Shown one piece after another: positions 38,694 through 48,806 of a DNA stretch of 64,000 bases. Origin of the DNA: Candidatus Margulisiibacteriota bacterium. Its GTDB lineage: Bacteria > Margulisbacteria > Riflemargulisbacteria > GWF2-39-127. Numbering within the stretch: position 1 is the first letter of the stretch; every line of letters starts with the position of its first letter. Both the position numbers and the translations under genes were made by a program. Under the pieces are notes generated by a model. The model made no database searches and was not told where the DNA came from. It saw only the letters and a list, made by a program, of their open reading frames with translations. The stretch covers positions 2,965-66,964 of the forward strand of contig QKMY01000020.1 of NCBI GenBank assembly GCA_003242895.1. Direction: 5' to 3'.

Positions 38694-39611
38694 TTATTTA
38701 TTAATAAGGGGGATATTCTTACAGTAATCATATTCCAGTTGAAGGATAACATGGGTTATTTCAAACTTATCTTTTAATATCATCTCAATCTGATCTTTTA
38801 AAAGACAGCTCTCGCTGATCAGCATATCTTTAGACACATTGATATGCGCTTCAAAATGGATTGTTTCTTCCGTCAACTGCCATATATGGACGTGGTGTAT
38901 ATTTTTTACCCCGTCTATTTCTTCAATAATTTGCTGAATTTTCAGTACATCAATATGCTCAGGAGTATGCTGCATCAAAATACTTATTGCTGTACTTAAA
39001 ATTGAATATCCTTCTTTTATAACATATATTCCGATAGCTATACTGAGGACCGGATCAATCCAATAAATATGATAAAAATAGATGAGAATACCTCCGGCGA
39101 TTACTGCCAGCGACGTTAATGCGTCAGTAAACAAGTGGACGTACGCAGACCTCATGTTAATATTGTCATGAGCATCTTTTCGTAAAAGCAAGACGGAGGA
39201 GGTATTCGCAAGAAAACCGATACTTGCAACAAGAATCATCAGACTACTATTAATACTATCAGGTTGCGGGGAGATTAGCCTCTCCAGGGCATTCCTGAAC
39301 AACGCAAAAGAGGCAAGAATTAAAATCGCTGCATTGAATAACGCTGCCATGATTTCGGCCCGTTTATAACCAAACGTTTTCTCCGCCGTACTCTCCTGTT
39401 CACTTAGCCTAATCGCGATATAACTTGTAACAAGCGCAAAGGCGTCACTAAAATTGTGAAGCGCATCAGAAATAAGGGAAAGGCTTCCCGAAAACACCCC
39501 GCCGACAAGCTGAACTCCGGTGATAATAAAGTTGAGAATAATGGAAAAAATAATTTTGGCCTTTTTCCCATGCCCCCAGGAATGATCATGATGATGTGAA
39601 CTATGACCCAT
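38694..39611 (-). CDS. Cation diffusion facilitator (CzcD/ZitB-like) with His-rich N-terminus
   Basis: N-terminal MGHSSHHHDHSWGHG. Six TMs with the CDF signature and HxxxD metal sites (HNFSDAF, HLFTDAL). C-terminal cytoplasmic domain. Confidence 0.85.
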   Translation of the reverse strand: MGHSSHHHDHSWGHGKKAKIIFSIILNFIITGVQLVGGVFSGSLSLISDALHNFSDAFALVTSYIAIRLSEQESTAEKTFGYKRAEIMAALFNAAILILASFALFRNALERLISPQPDSINSSLMILVASIGFLANTSSVLLLRKDAHDNINMRSAYVHLFTDALTSLAVIAGGILIYFYHIYWIDPVLSIAIGIYVIKEGYSILSTAISILMQHTPEHIDVLKIQQIIEEIDGVKNIHHVHIWQLTEETIHFEAHINVSKDMLISESCLLKDQIEMILKDKFEITHVILQLEYDYCKNIPLINK

Positions 39612-39878
39612 AAGTATGACTTCCTATTTAATTTTTCCGAAACAACAGTTGTCTCGGACATACTAACAATGGAAGATAATACTCTTTCTGACAAGAGAAG
39701 TATATCGGCAATTTCTTTCATATACGTTGCCAATTTATGCACTTGACCCTCACGATAATCGACCTATAATCCAACGAGCAATGATCGTCCTAATAAGTTA
39801 TCGTATCACCCTACAACTTCGATAATAATAAGCAACCTTGATTCTTTAATAAAAATAAAACAATAAAAGGACCCCGCT

Positions 39879-41030
39879 ATGACAGATAAAAATGATCAGA
39901 TGAAAGAAAAGAATGGAAACCACATCAATCTTATAACCATATCAGGAATTAAGATCAATCTCGACTATTCATGGTTCATCATCTTTTTTCTCGTTTTCTG
40001 GAGCCTCACTTTCGGTTATTTTCCAAGGTATTATCCGGGACAAAGTACCCTGATCTATCTTCTTACCGGAGCACTGGCAACTTTTTTCTTCTTCTTATCA
40101 ATAATCATACATGAGCTTTCTCATTCTCTGATAGCACTTAGGGCAGGAATTAATATATCAGAGATCACCCTGTTCATTTTTGGCGGAATTGCCAATATTA
40201 CGGAAGAACCAAACGATCCGAAAACCGAGTTGAAAATAGCAATTGCCGGGCCTCTAAGCAGCTTTGTCATAGCCGCCATCTTTTGGTCAATCAACGGTTT
40301 CTTCGCAAGCAGTATACACGTCATGTTATTTGCGCTCTTCAATTATCTCGGATGGATTAATATCGCACTTGGGATATTTAACCTTGTCCCAGCTTTTCCG
40401 CTAGACGGCGGAAGGATTTTCAGGGCTCTCTTATGGTGGAAATCACATTCGCTCAATCAAGCTACAAAGATTGCCTCAAATATAGGTCAGGGGTTTGCCT
40501 TAGTTCTTGTTTTCCTTGGAATTCTGGATATCATCCAGGGGGTGTTTATCGGGGGACTGTGGCTCATTTTTATAGGATTATTCCTGCGAATGATTGCACA
40601 AGGAGGATACCAGCAGCTTCTTATTAAACAATCCTTAGAGGGCGTAAAAGTAAAGGATGTAATGATTAGAGACGTCATACAAGTTCCCTCCGGAATAACC
40701 ATTGATGATCTTATCAATAATTATTTCTTTCATTACAGTTACAGAGGATTTCCGGTAGCTGACGATGATGAGCTGTTAGGGGTAATAACACTTTCTGACC
40801 TGAAAAACATTCCTTATGAAGAGCAGAAGAAAAAAACAGTAAAAGATATTATGAAACCACTTATCAAGAGCTGTCTTGTTTCTCCCGACACTACACTCAT
40901 GTATATACTAAAAAAAATGTATGCCGAAAAACGAAACAGTTTCTTTGTCATGCAAGAAGCAAAGCTGGTAGGAATGATCAGCAAAGGCAGCTTGCTACGC
41001 TTCATGGAAATAAAAGGTTTTAATAGGTAG
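39879..41030 (+). CDS. Site-2 protease family (M50) zinc metalloprotease with C-terminal tandem CBS domains
   Basis: HExxH in a TM helix (IIHELSHSLIA). LDG motif (FNLVPAFPLDGGRIF). Two CBS modules in the last ~140 aa. Confidence 0.8.
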   Translation: MTDKNDQMKEKNGNHINLITISGIKINLDYSWFIIFFLVFWSLTFGYFPRYYPGQSTLIYLLTGALATFFFFLSIIIHELSHSLIALRAGINISEITLFIFGGIANITEEPNDPKTELKIAIAGPLSSFVIAAIFWSINGFFASSIHVMLFALFNYLGWINIALGIFNLVPAFPLDGGRIFRALLWWKSHSLNQATKIASNIGQGFALVLVFLGILDIIQGVFIGGLWLIFIGLFLRMIAQGGYQQLLIKQSLEGVKVKDVMIRDVIQVPSGITIDDLINNYFFHYSYRGFPVADDDELLGVITLSDLKNIPYEEQKKKTVKDIMKPLIKSCLVSPDTTLMYILKKMYAEKRNSFFVMQEAKLVGMISKGSLLRFMEIKGFNR

Positions 41031-41032
41031 AA

Positions 41033-42322
41033 TTAAAAAACTATCGTTGTAGTGACGTCCGCAGAAAGTTTGGTGTCCGAATAGGTATACTCCGCGTTTT
41101 TCGGACCCAAAAAACTATTAAGTGCACATCCTATGGTAAAGTTATTTACCATAACATAGCCTACTCCCATTGCCAGGATCGCCGAACCGTCGCTTAAGTT
41201 ACTTATAATGTTGGTATTAAACGTCATATCCGTAATAGGATATTTATTTATCGTAGTAAATAAAGCAGCATAATAAACACCGGAGTAATTCTGTTCATAA
41301 TAATTATTTATGAATGTGGACCTTGTGGCGGAATTTTTGAACATGTTCTTGTTATACCCGCTGTTATTGTAGTAAAACTCTGCAATAACATTTATTCTAT
41401 CTTTAAGCTCCCATTCAAATGACTTCGTTAAGCCTAGACTGGCTTTTGGAATCCATCTGTCTTTTATTATGTGGCTAGAAACGTTGCCGTGGTCATCAAC
41501 GATAAGTTTTGGCCTGTTCTCGCCATATGACAGGCTTACCTCACCCTTTACGTCGACATCACCGGCTTTAGTTGAATAATCAAAGCCATAAACCGGAAGA
41601 GAACCTTTCTTCTTCCATGCAGAAAAAGCCAATTCGCTATTATCGATGAGAAATTCCAGCTTCCCGGCGAGTGCTGTTCTATCAAAATTTCCTGCTTCTG
41701 AAAAATCCCAAAACAGATAGATATTCTTGCTTGCTCCAAATGGGACATGGACCTTTGTGCCATAAACCCCTTCCCGATAATGATTAATATTAAGAAAACT
41801 GCGTTTCTCAATATTAATGAGATCCGTAGGATTCCAGAAATATGTTCGTCCCCACTGCAAAACCTGTTTTCCGGTACGAAAATAGATACCCTGATTCACG
41901 TTCATATCAATAAAAAATTCTTTAACTGAAAACGCCAGAGAGTTCCCGGAAACGGCCAGCTTTTGAGCCGCATTTGCCACTTCAAGATTGATAAAGGCCT
42001 TCACACCTTTTTTTAACCTTACATCCAGAAACAAATTCGCATCAGTATAGTTGGTTAAGGTATTGTTATTCCATCCGGCCCTCTTCTCGATCCAGGAACG
42101 GTCCATGGCATATATCCCTTTTGACAGGATACTTCCGGTAAAGGAAACGCTCTCTTGCTCAAGTATCGCACCAACCGCATCATCCATAATGTTGCCGGTC
42201 TCGATAACCGAACTCGTTTCGTTAAACATCTCGCTCTCATTAACAAGTTCTTCGGCTATCGCAAAAGTTCCGAAACAGAGCAAAAAAATAGCCGGGAAAA
42301 TATGTGATCGCATCGTAGACAT
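41033..42322 (-). CDS. Secreted beta-rich hypothetical protein ending in Phe (putative OM beta-barrel); last gene of the LolCDE-like cluster
   Basis: Signal peptide. Abundant alternating aromatic/hydrophilic strands. C-terminal ...VTTTIVF. Confidence 0.45.
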   Translation of the reverse strand: MSTMRSHIFPAIFLLCFGTFAIAEELVNESEMFNETSSVIETGNIMDDAVGAILEQESVSFTGSILSKGIYAMDRSWIEKRAGWNNNTLTNYTDANLFLDVRLKKGVKAFINLEVANAAQKLAVSGNSLAFSVKEFFIDMNVNQGIYFRTGKQVLQWGRTYFWNPTDLINIEKRSFLNINHYREGVYGTKVHVPFGASKNIYLFWDFSEAGNFDRTALAGKLEFLIDNSELAFSAWKKKGSLPVYGFDYSTKAGDVDVKGEVSLSYGENRPKLIVDDHGNVSSHIIKDRWIPKASLGLTKSFEWELKDRINVIAEFYYNNSGYNKNMFKNSATRSTFINNYYEQNYSGVYYAALFTTINKYPITDMTFNTNIISNLSDGSAILAMGVGYVMVNNFTIGCALNSFLGPKNAEYTYSDTKLSADVTTTIVF

Positions 42323-42333
42323 AGGCAGTTCCT

Positions 42334-43152
42334 TTATTTACTTATATTTTCAAGATAAGCTTTGGTAAAAACAGAATCTTCTACTTTCTTCGTCGAAATA
42401 CCGGATATTTCTACCATAGTCTTATTCCCTTTTTCGAACTCGTCAATGAACATTGCTTGTATGAAGACATACTTTCCATCAATGAGCGTATATTTTCGAT
42501 AATAGGCGGTCTCCATCAGCGTTCCTGAAAGAGAATACGACTGCTCCTTTAGCGGGAGCAAATTATCTTTACGGACCCAGTAAGTTAAAGAAGGGTACTT
42601 AACATCACTGACTTTTGCTATTAATTTTATTTTATATACCGGAATAGTTCCCAGGACTTCTTCTACGATGGATTCCAGCCCTTTCCCATCAAGCGCAGGC
42701 TTATACAGGTCAACAAGCTTTCTTTTCTCAAAATCGTCCGCACTGGCATCTGAACCCCCGATACTCTCGTCACGATTAATATGCTGGAAGGTCCTGGTAT
42801 TGCGTCTGTACATCCAGAAATTATCTCCTGATTTCAGATAGCCATTTCCTTTCTCTGATTCCGGACCGGTCATAAGGATAAGAAAAGAATCATCTTTATC
42901 CCTGCGATAATAAATCATTTCAGTGGCTTTAATGCCTTGGGTCACCTTTTGCTGTGTCATCTTTACTTTTGCGGTAATATCAGTCTTGATATCCTGAAGC
43001 TCATCTATGCTATTCATAATCTGAGTTATTTTGCTCTCCGCCTGCACTGAACCCGCCAAACAAATCACACATAGCGTTGTTAGAATCCATTTTCTCATTA
43101 TTACTTTCTCCTTAATTGTTTTCGATTTTTGATTTTTTCGTTCATTATTCAA
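42334..43152 (-). CDS. LolA-like outer-membrane lipoprotein-sorting family protein
   Basis: Signal peptide. Conserved block ...MIYYRRDKDDSFLILMTGPESEKGNGYLKSGDNFWMYRRNTRTF...GSDASADDF... typical of the LolA_like family, which is commonly encoded next to FtsX permeases. Confidence 0.6.
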   Translation of the reverse strand: MNNERKNQKSKTIKEKVIMRKWILTTLCVICLAGSVQAESKITQIMNSIDELQDIKTDITAKVKMTQQKVTQGIKATEMIYYRRDKDDSFLILMTGPESEKGNGYLKSGDNFWMYRRNTRTFQHINRDESIGGSDASADDFEKRKLVDLYKPALDGKGLESIVEEVLGTIPVYKIKLIAKVSDVKYPSLTYWVRKDNLLPLKEQSYSLSGTLMETAYYRKYTLIDGKYVFIQAMFIDEFEKGNKTMVEISGISTKKVEDSVFTKAYLENISK

Positions 43153-44878
43153 AGTGCCTTAGCGCATGAGCCGCCGAAAGGCTTGCTGCCCTTCTCGCCG
43201 GGAAATATGATGTTAATCCGGCAATTACCAAGATCAAGAGCATGTTAAATAAAATACCGAAAACACTTGGAACAAAATGTAAATGTTTGTTCACCAATAA
43301 TATATTGAGCGCAGTCACGGTATTGAACGTGATAAAATGAGTCAAGCCCATAACAATAAAGGCTGCAACAATACCGACAATCGATGCCATAAAAGTCAGC
43401 AAAAGGGTCTCTACTATAAAAGAGTTACGGACATCAGGTTTTTGCATCCCTATAGCCCGTAACGTCCCTATTTCACGAGTCCGTTCACGGATGGTCATTC
43501 GTAAGGTATTCACCACGCCGATCAAAATTATAAAAAACAAAACCATTACCGCAGTTAACGTGATAAGATTAAGCACTTTTTCCATCTGCAACACACTACT
43601 AGCCGTTTCGTACATAGTACGAACATCCATTACAGCAACTGCAGACTTATCCTCAATTATACTTTTCATCTTTTTCATATATTCATCTGAATTACTTGTC
43701 CTTTTGAGCAAATTCCATTCTTTGCCGAGTGCTGCATACACAAGGTTACTCGTCGGTGGCTGGTAGACTTCGTTACTAGCATCCGGAGGAAGATTTCTAT
43801 AATAGGTCTTATAAAAAAGCTTGTCACTCAACAGCAGGACATTATCGGGAAGTATCGTCGGCAGAACAGTATAAATAGCTTTAACCGTATAATTGTTAGT
43901 AGTATATCCACCCTCATATTTGTTTTTATAGACACTATCGAAGGTATCACCGACAGAAAGCTTGAGCGATGCAGCTAACTTACCGCTAAGAATAACGCCT
44001 TCTTTTCCAAGGGCTTCTTTCACGTCCCCTGAAACAAAAACTATATTCTTAGTTATCACAGCCAAAGAAGCATCATTCCGGTAGAATGCCAGAGTTGTTG
44101 CGGGAACGGAGGTATCTTTATACTTCAATTCTCCATAGATTGCCGCAACTCCGGGGGTCAGCTTCTTATAGAGGCTATTCGCTTGTTCAATAGCTATTTT
44201 CGGATTATTTAGTATTATCTGCAAACTACCGGTTTCATAAGGCTTTAACCCAACCAGTTGCTTAAGGTTTTTTCGGCTCAGGTATATTGCCATATCCATA
44301 AACATGTTCTCTGATTTGACAACTGCAACAATAGTGAGGACATCGGTCTGCTGTTGTCCATAAACGTTCTGGAGCCGCACGCGCAAAACGTCATGCAGTT
44401 TAACATTAAGGCTTTTCGCCTTTTCAGCAGAAATGATTACAGGATTTCGTATGCTTTCATCCATAAAGTCAGTGCTCTTTCCAGATATAGCTTTAAAAAA
44501 ACCATAAAATTCCTTATCCGGATTAACTCCAACAAGCACGACATTGTCGCTCTTTCCATTACCGATCGCTTTGGTAAAAATAGAAAGACTTTCTTCGATA
44601 CGCTTTATGTCCTTAACATTTTCATTGATGATCTTAAGAAAGCGGTCTTTGTCGCGCATAATGGGGAATCTCATTTTCCCTTCCTCCAGTGTTGCGATCT
44701 CCATATGTCCCGCGACGTAAACGATAACTCTATTGAGAAGGGAATCAGAGATACCATGGGAAAAGGAGTTAGCGATAACCAGGATCATCATCCCAAAAGC
44801 TATGGCAATTCCCAGCAAAACATTCCTTCTTTTCTGGCGAAATAAATTCCTCATACTGATATCAAATAATATACTCAT
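43145..44878 (-). CDS. FtsX-family ABC permease with large periplasmic domain (LolC/E or MacB-like)
   Basis: N-terminal TM, ~350-aa periplasmic domain, then three C-terminal TMs with the FtsX motif. Confidence 0.75.
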   Translation of the reverse strand: MSILFDISMRNLFRQKRRNVLLGIAIAFGMMILVIANSFSHGISDSLLNRVIVYVAGHMEIATLEEGKMRFPIMRDKDRFLKIINENVKDIKRIEESLSIFTKAIGNGKSDNVVLVGVNPDKEFYGFFKAISGKSTDFMDESIRNPVIISAEKAKSLNVKLHDVLRVRLQNVYGQQQTDVLTIVAVVKSENMFMDMAIYLSRKNLKQLVGLKPYETGSLQIILNNPKIAIEQANSLYKKLTPGVAAIYGELKYKDTSVPATTLAFYRNDASLAVITKNIVFVSGDVKEALGKEGVILSGKLAASLKLSVGDTFDSVYKNKYEGGYTTNNYTVKAIYTVLPTILPDNVLLLSDKLFYKTYYRNLPPDASNEVYQPPTSNLVYAALGKEWNLLKRTSNSDEYMKKMKSIIEDKSAVAVMDVRTMYETASSVLQMEKVLNLITLTAVMVLFFIILIGVVNTLRMTIRERTREIGTLRAIGMQKPDVRNSFIVETLLLTFMASIVGIVAAFIVMGLTHFITFNTVTALNILLVNKHLHFVPSVFGILFNMLLILVIAGLTSYFPARRAASLSAAHALRHFE

Positions 44879-44888
44879 AGGTTTCTCC

Positions 44889-46415
44889 TTAATCTCTCGC
44901 TATTGCTTCAAGTGGGGTTATGCGTCTCGCAACAATCATAGGATAAATCGTCGCGATAAGTGTTACGACAGCTAATTGAACAATTCCCAGAATAATATCG
45001 GACATGCTCAGAAGAGGCTGAAATTTGTCTCCGCCAAAAAACAATTGCAACATTTCATTTGCTGTTGTTATATTCATTAAGGCCAGAATCTTAACGGTAA
45101 CGATACCTGATATAATCCCAATACCGCCAAATACAAACGATAGCATCGCTGTCTCATATAAGAACATTGATGATATAAAGCTTTTTTTCGCGCCGACCGC
45201 CCTCATCATTCCTATTTCCGGAATTCTCTCCAAGGCTGCCATACTCAGTGTGTTCATAATAACTATAATGGCAACAAAAAAGATGAACGTTACAAAAACA
45301 AACAGAGCACCTTTCATCAACATTGCCATATCGGCAATCTGGCCAAGACCTTGTTTCCAGGTAATTGCCTGAACATTCACATGTGCATCATTCAACGCTT
45401 TGTTTAGCTTTTTAACGGCGACATCCAAAGGCACTCCAGGTTTTAGCTTGATATACACCAGATTAAAGGACCCCTTGTCCGTATCAATCGCTATCTGCTG
45501 TTTCTCAGTTTCTTTCTGGATTGACGACGAGTCAAAAATACTATCATCGGTTTTCATTTCTGAGACCAATCCATCCATTGAGAAAGAACCTTCAAGATTC
45601 GATTCATCCATCGCTAATAAGGCTTTTTTTTCGTCATCGACCTGAGCTGAGCTATCGGCAGCAGTAACGTAGCCAAAACACTCTCGAAACGATTCAAGGT
45701 CAATAATATTAAAAAAGCCCCAAAACTTATTAAAGGATTTATATTTGATGACACCTTTTACCGGGGAGAGAATATCAAGGGTGGTATTCTTATCACTGAA
45801 CCCCATAAAAACCAGCTTATCCCGAACCTGTAACCGCTGAATATTCGCTTTGGCCTCCGGGGTCAGGTTTGCAGTTGCAAGCGTGCAATTTTCTGGAATA
45901 ACCCAATAATTGGTGAGATAATCATAGAGCATTTTTCTGTTAACAGTAGTAAGGAGCAATCCTCTCTCTCCAGGCTTAAGCAGGCGCCCTTCGACAGTCT
46001 CAACATTATCGAACATCTTCTGGTATTGAGCGAAATCAACACCTAACAAAAAGTATAAATCCGGCTCACCTGCATCACTAAGCACCATAGCAGCACCCTG
46101 TGCAGCCGGAAGGAACTTATCGACATAGGGTTGTTGGGTAAGCACATCTTTGATGGCAGGATACCCACTGATCACCTCAATCGATTCGCCCATCATTGGG
46201 AACAAAACATCCTTCTTAACCTGTTTATCGGATATTAATACTATGTCTCCGGTAAACCGGTTAACAATATTCTCTTTGAGCCCTTCATTCAAACCGGAAA
46301 TGATACCATTTCCTACGGTCATTATCCATGCGCCCAAAAACAGGATTACTCCAATTACAAGACTTTTACCTTTATGACGATAAATATTTCTCCAGGCAAT
46401 CTTTAAACTCAGCAT
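44889..46415 (-). CDS. FtsX-family ABC permease, paralogue (LolC/E or MacB-like)
   Basis: Same topology as the adjacent permease. 508 aa. Confidence 0.75.
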   Translation of the reverse strand: MLSLKIAWRNIYRHKGKSLVIGVILFLGAWIMTVGNGIISGLNEGLKENIVNRFTGDIVLISDKQVKKDVLFPMMGESIEVISGYPAIKDVLTQQPYVDKFLPAAQGAAMVLSDAGEPDLYFLLGVDFAQYQKMFDNVETVEGRLLKPGERGLLLTTVNRKMLYDYLTNYWVIPENCTLATANLTPEAKANIQRLQVRDKLVFMGFSDKNTTLDILSPVKGVIKYKSFNKFWGFFNIIDLESFRECFGYVTAADSSAQVDDEKKALLAMDESNLEGSFSMDGLVSEMKTDDSIFDSSSIQKETEKQQIAIDTDKGSFNLVYIKLKPGVPLDVAVKKLNKALNDAHVNVQAITWKQGLGQIADMAMLMKGALFVFVTFIFFVAIIVIMNTLSMAALERIPEIGMMRAVGAKKSFISSMFLYETAMLSFVFGGIGIISGIVTVKILALMNITTANEMLQLFFGGDKFQPLLSMSDIILGIVQLAVVTLIATIYPMIVARRITPLEAIARD

Positions 46416-46447
46416 CTTAATACTCCTCAGATCCTTTATTTATCCAG

Positions 46448-47122
46448 CTATTCTGCCAGTAGACCATCTTTGATCCTGACAATACGCTTCGCGTATTTGA
46501 TAACATCGGGATCATGGGTAGAAAAGATAAACGTCGTCTTTTCTTTTTCGTTCATTTCTTTCATAAGCTCTAAAATATAACCGCCGGTTTCCGAGTCCAG
46601 ATTGGCGGTCGGTTCATCAGCCAGGACAATACCCGGTTTGGTGACCAGCGCCCGAGCAATAGCAACTCGCTGTCGTTGCCCTCCGGAGAGTTCGGACGGC
46701 TTGTGGTTAATATGCTCCGTAAGACCGACAGCATCGATAAGCTGACTGGCTCTTTCACTTATTTCCTTTTTTGAATATTTCTTCATGAGAAGAAGCGGGA
46801 ACTCAACGTTTTCCTTAACATTGAGGACAGGGATCAAATTAAATGTTTGAAATATAAACCCTATTTTATAGAGGCGAAGATCCGTAAGTTCTTTGTCTTT
46901 CATTGTTGTAATCTCTTTACCGGCGATCTTCATGCTCCCTTCGGAAGGGATATCGATACACCCGATCATATTGAGCAGGGTCGTCTTGCCGCTCCCGGAA
47001 GGTCCTATGATCGATAAGAATTCGCCTTCCTGGACGTCGAACGATACTCCGCGAACTGCATGAACAACAGTCTCACCTAAAGGATAATTCTTTTTTATAT
47101 TTTTCATTTCAACAATATTCAT
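46448..47122 (-). CDS. ABC transporter ATP-binding protein (LolD/MacB-ATPase family)
   Basis: Walker [10 protein letters not shown], signature [15 protein letters not shown], Walker [12 protein letters not shown]. 224 aa. Confidence 0.9.
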   Translation of the reverse strand: MNIVEMKNIKKNYPLGETVVHAVRGVSFDVQEGEFLSIIGPSGSGKTTLLNMIGCIDIPSEGSMKIAGKEITTMKDKELTDLRLYKIGFIFQTFNLIPVLNVKENVEFPLLLMKKYSKKEISERASQLIDAVGLTEHINHKPSELSGGQRQRVAIARALVTKPGIVLADEPTANLDSETGGYILELMKEMNEKEKTTFIFSTHDPDVIKYAKRIVRIKDGLLAE

Positions 47123-47315
47123 TCCGACTCTCCTTCACAATAATAATTGTAATTAAATTGGATACTCGAAGCCTGGCAGCCATCGTATATTCTACTTTAT
47201 TACCTTCTTTTTTTAAAGATATTATTAAAATTTTGAATATATCAATTGCGATTCTAAATGTTTGACCATAGTCCCCCAGAATCACCCCCGGCAATTCAGG
47301 ACCGGGCAGAACATT

Positions 47316-48806
47316 CTATTTTCTATATATTCTCAGCATTTTTCCCGAGGCCAGATATTCTTTCAGCTGTGCGATCCCGATTTCTTCTTCGGTTGCTCTC
47401 TGCACGTCTATATTTTCCAACAGGAATGGACTTATCGAATTAAGATCAGCTATCGATCCTAACGCTGAAGCATACTTTTTCTTTATCTCATTATAAAAAT
47501 TCAACATTCTTATATACTGGAAGTAATAAACCAGATCTTTTCGGGATAAAAAATCTGTTTCTACCGGGAACACCGAGGACCTGAACGAAATCCAGTTATC
47601 CGGATCAACCCGATTGCCCGCAACCAACTCTGAAAACTGCTCAGTTCCGGGCGGAGGATAATAAATAGACGGAGCTATCAGGACATTGAGCCCGCTCAAA
47701 TATTCGATAGTTTCCTGAATATCTTCTTTCGTCTGGTCCGGCAGCCCTATTATTAGATAAGCAGTAACCTCAAAACCAAGAAGCACTGCAGCTTTCACAA
47801 CCAGTTCAAATTGTTCGTTCAAGAATGGGCGCCTCAGCTTTTCCTTAAGGCTATCCTGAGCGGTGACCAGTGAGACGTTTAGGTTACGGAACCCTGCCTG
47901 CCACATTTTCTGAAGCAGCTCTTCACTAAGCGTCTCCGCAGATATCCCATTCATGGCATATAATCGAATGTCATCATTCCGGAAGGTTTCAGTGACTCCC
48001 GCTAAAAGCTCGTCAAACCAGTTCCTATCGAGGCTCAGGTTATCATCCTCAAAATCAAAGACCCGTACATTTTCATGATGACAGAGATAGGACATTTCCT
48101 CAAGTATCGAAGCAACACTTCGCTTAATGAAATTGCTTCCGTGCATCGAAGCAACTGTGCAAAACGTACATTTTCTGGGACAACCTCTGGTAGCTATCAA
48201 AAAGCTGAAGTTTTTCCTGTGCATTTTATAATAGGAAGAATTAATTAACGATCGATCAGGGACAGTCCGGGTAAAACAGTGTGACTCATCTTCGGGCAGG
48301 CCAAGCACCCGAAGGAAATCATTCTCATCCGAACCGCTGATGACCTTATCTATACAGGAATGTTTAAGCAGAATATCCTCTTTATAGACCGTTGCATGAT
48401 ATCCCCCGATTATTATTTTTGTATTCGGGAATACGGCCTTTATTTTTTCCGCAAGTGCCGCAACGATATTAAAATAAGCCGTAAAATTGCAGGTAATGCC
48501 AATATAGTCGGGACTTAGCTCACAAACTTTCTTGATTATCTCGTCATCTGTCAGCCCGAATCGATAGTAGGCACCAAACAGCTTAAGAGGACCAATCTCT
48601 TTTTCGGAATACACCTCTTTTAAATAATTAAATTCTTTCGGTAAAGGAATGGTTTTTTTCTTATATGGCTTCAAGCAATCAAGGATACTTACGTCCACAC
48701 CATTTTTCTTGAGCAACGTACCAAGATAGAGCAATCCCAGAGGATAGGTGCGGATTTCCGTAAGATAGAAGTCTTCGATGGGAGGTTGGATCAAAAGAAC
48801 TTTCAT
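47316..48806 (-). CDS. B12-binding-domain radical SAM protein, substrate unknown
   Basis: N-terminal cobalamin-binding Rossmann-like domain (MKVLLIQPP...). Radical-SAM CxxxCxxC (RGCPRKCTFCTV). 496 aa. Confidence 0.75.
   Translation of the reverse strand: MKVLLIQPPIEDFYLTEIRTYPLGLLYLGTLLKKNGVDVSILDCLKPYKKKTIPLPKEFNYLKEVYSEKEIGPLKLFGAYYRFGLTDDEIIKKVCELSPDYIGITCNFTAYFNIVAALAEKIKAVFPNTKIIIGGYHATVYKEDILLKHSCIDKVISGSDENDFLRVLGLPEDESHCFTRTVPDRSLINSSYYKMHRKNFSFLIATRGCPRKCTFCTVASMHGSNFIKRSVASILEEMSYLCHHENVRVFDFEDDNLSLDRNWFDELLAGVTETFRNDDIRLYAMNGISAETLSEELLQKMWQAGFRNLNVSLVTAQDSLKEKLRRPFLNEQFELVVKAAVLLGFEVTAYLIIGLPDQTKEDIQETIEYLSGLNVLIAPSIYYPPPGTEQFSELVAGNRVDPDNWISFRSSVFPVETDFLSRKDLVYYFQYIRMLNFYNEIKKKYASALGSIADLNSISPFLLENIDVQRATEEEIGIAQLKEYLASGKMLRIYRK

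Noticed and set aside
47123-47315. CCCGG-caattcagga-CCGGG hairpin between the B12 radical SAM gene and the ABC ATPase, considered as a terminator.
   Set aside because: No U-tract follows on either strand. It is a short 5-bp stem, more likely an intra-operon structure, and not strong enough to call.
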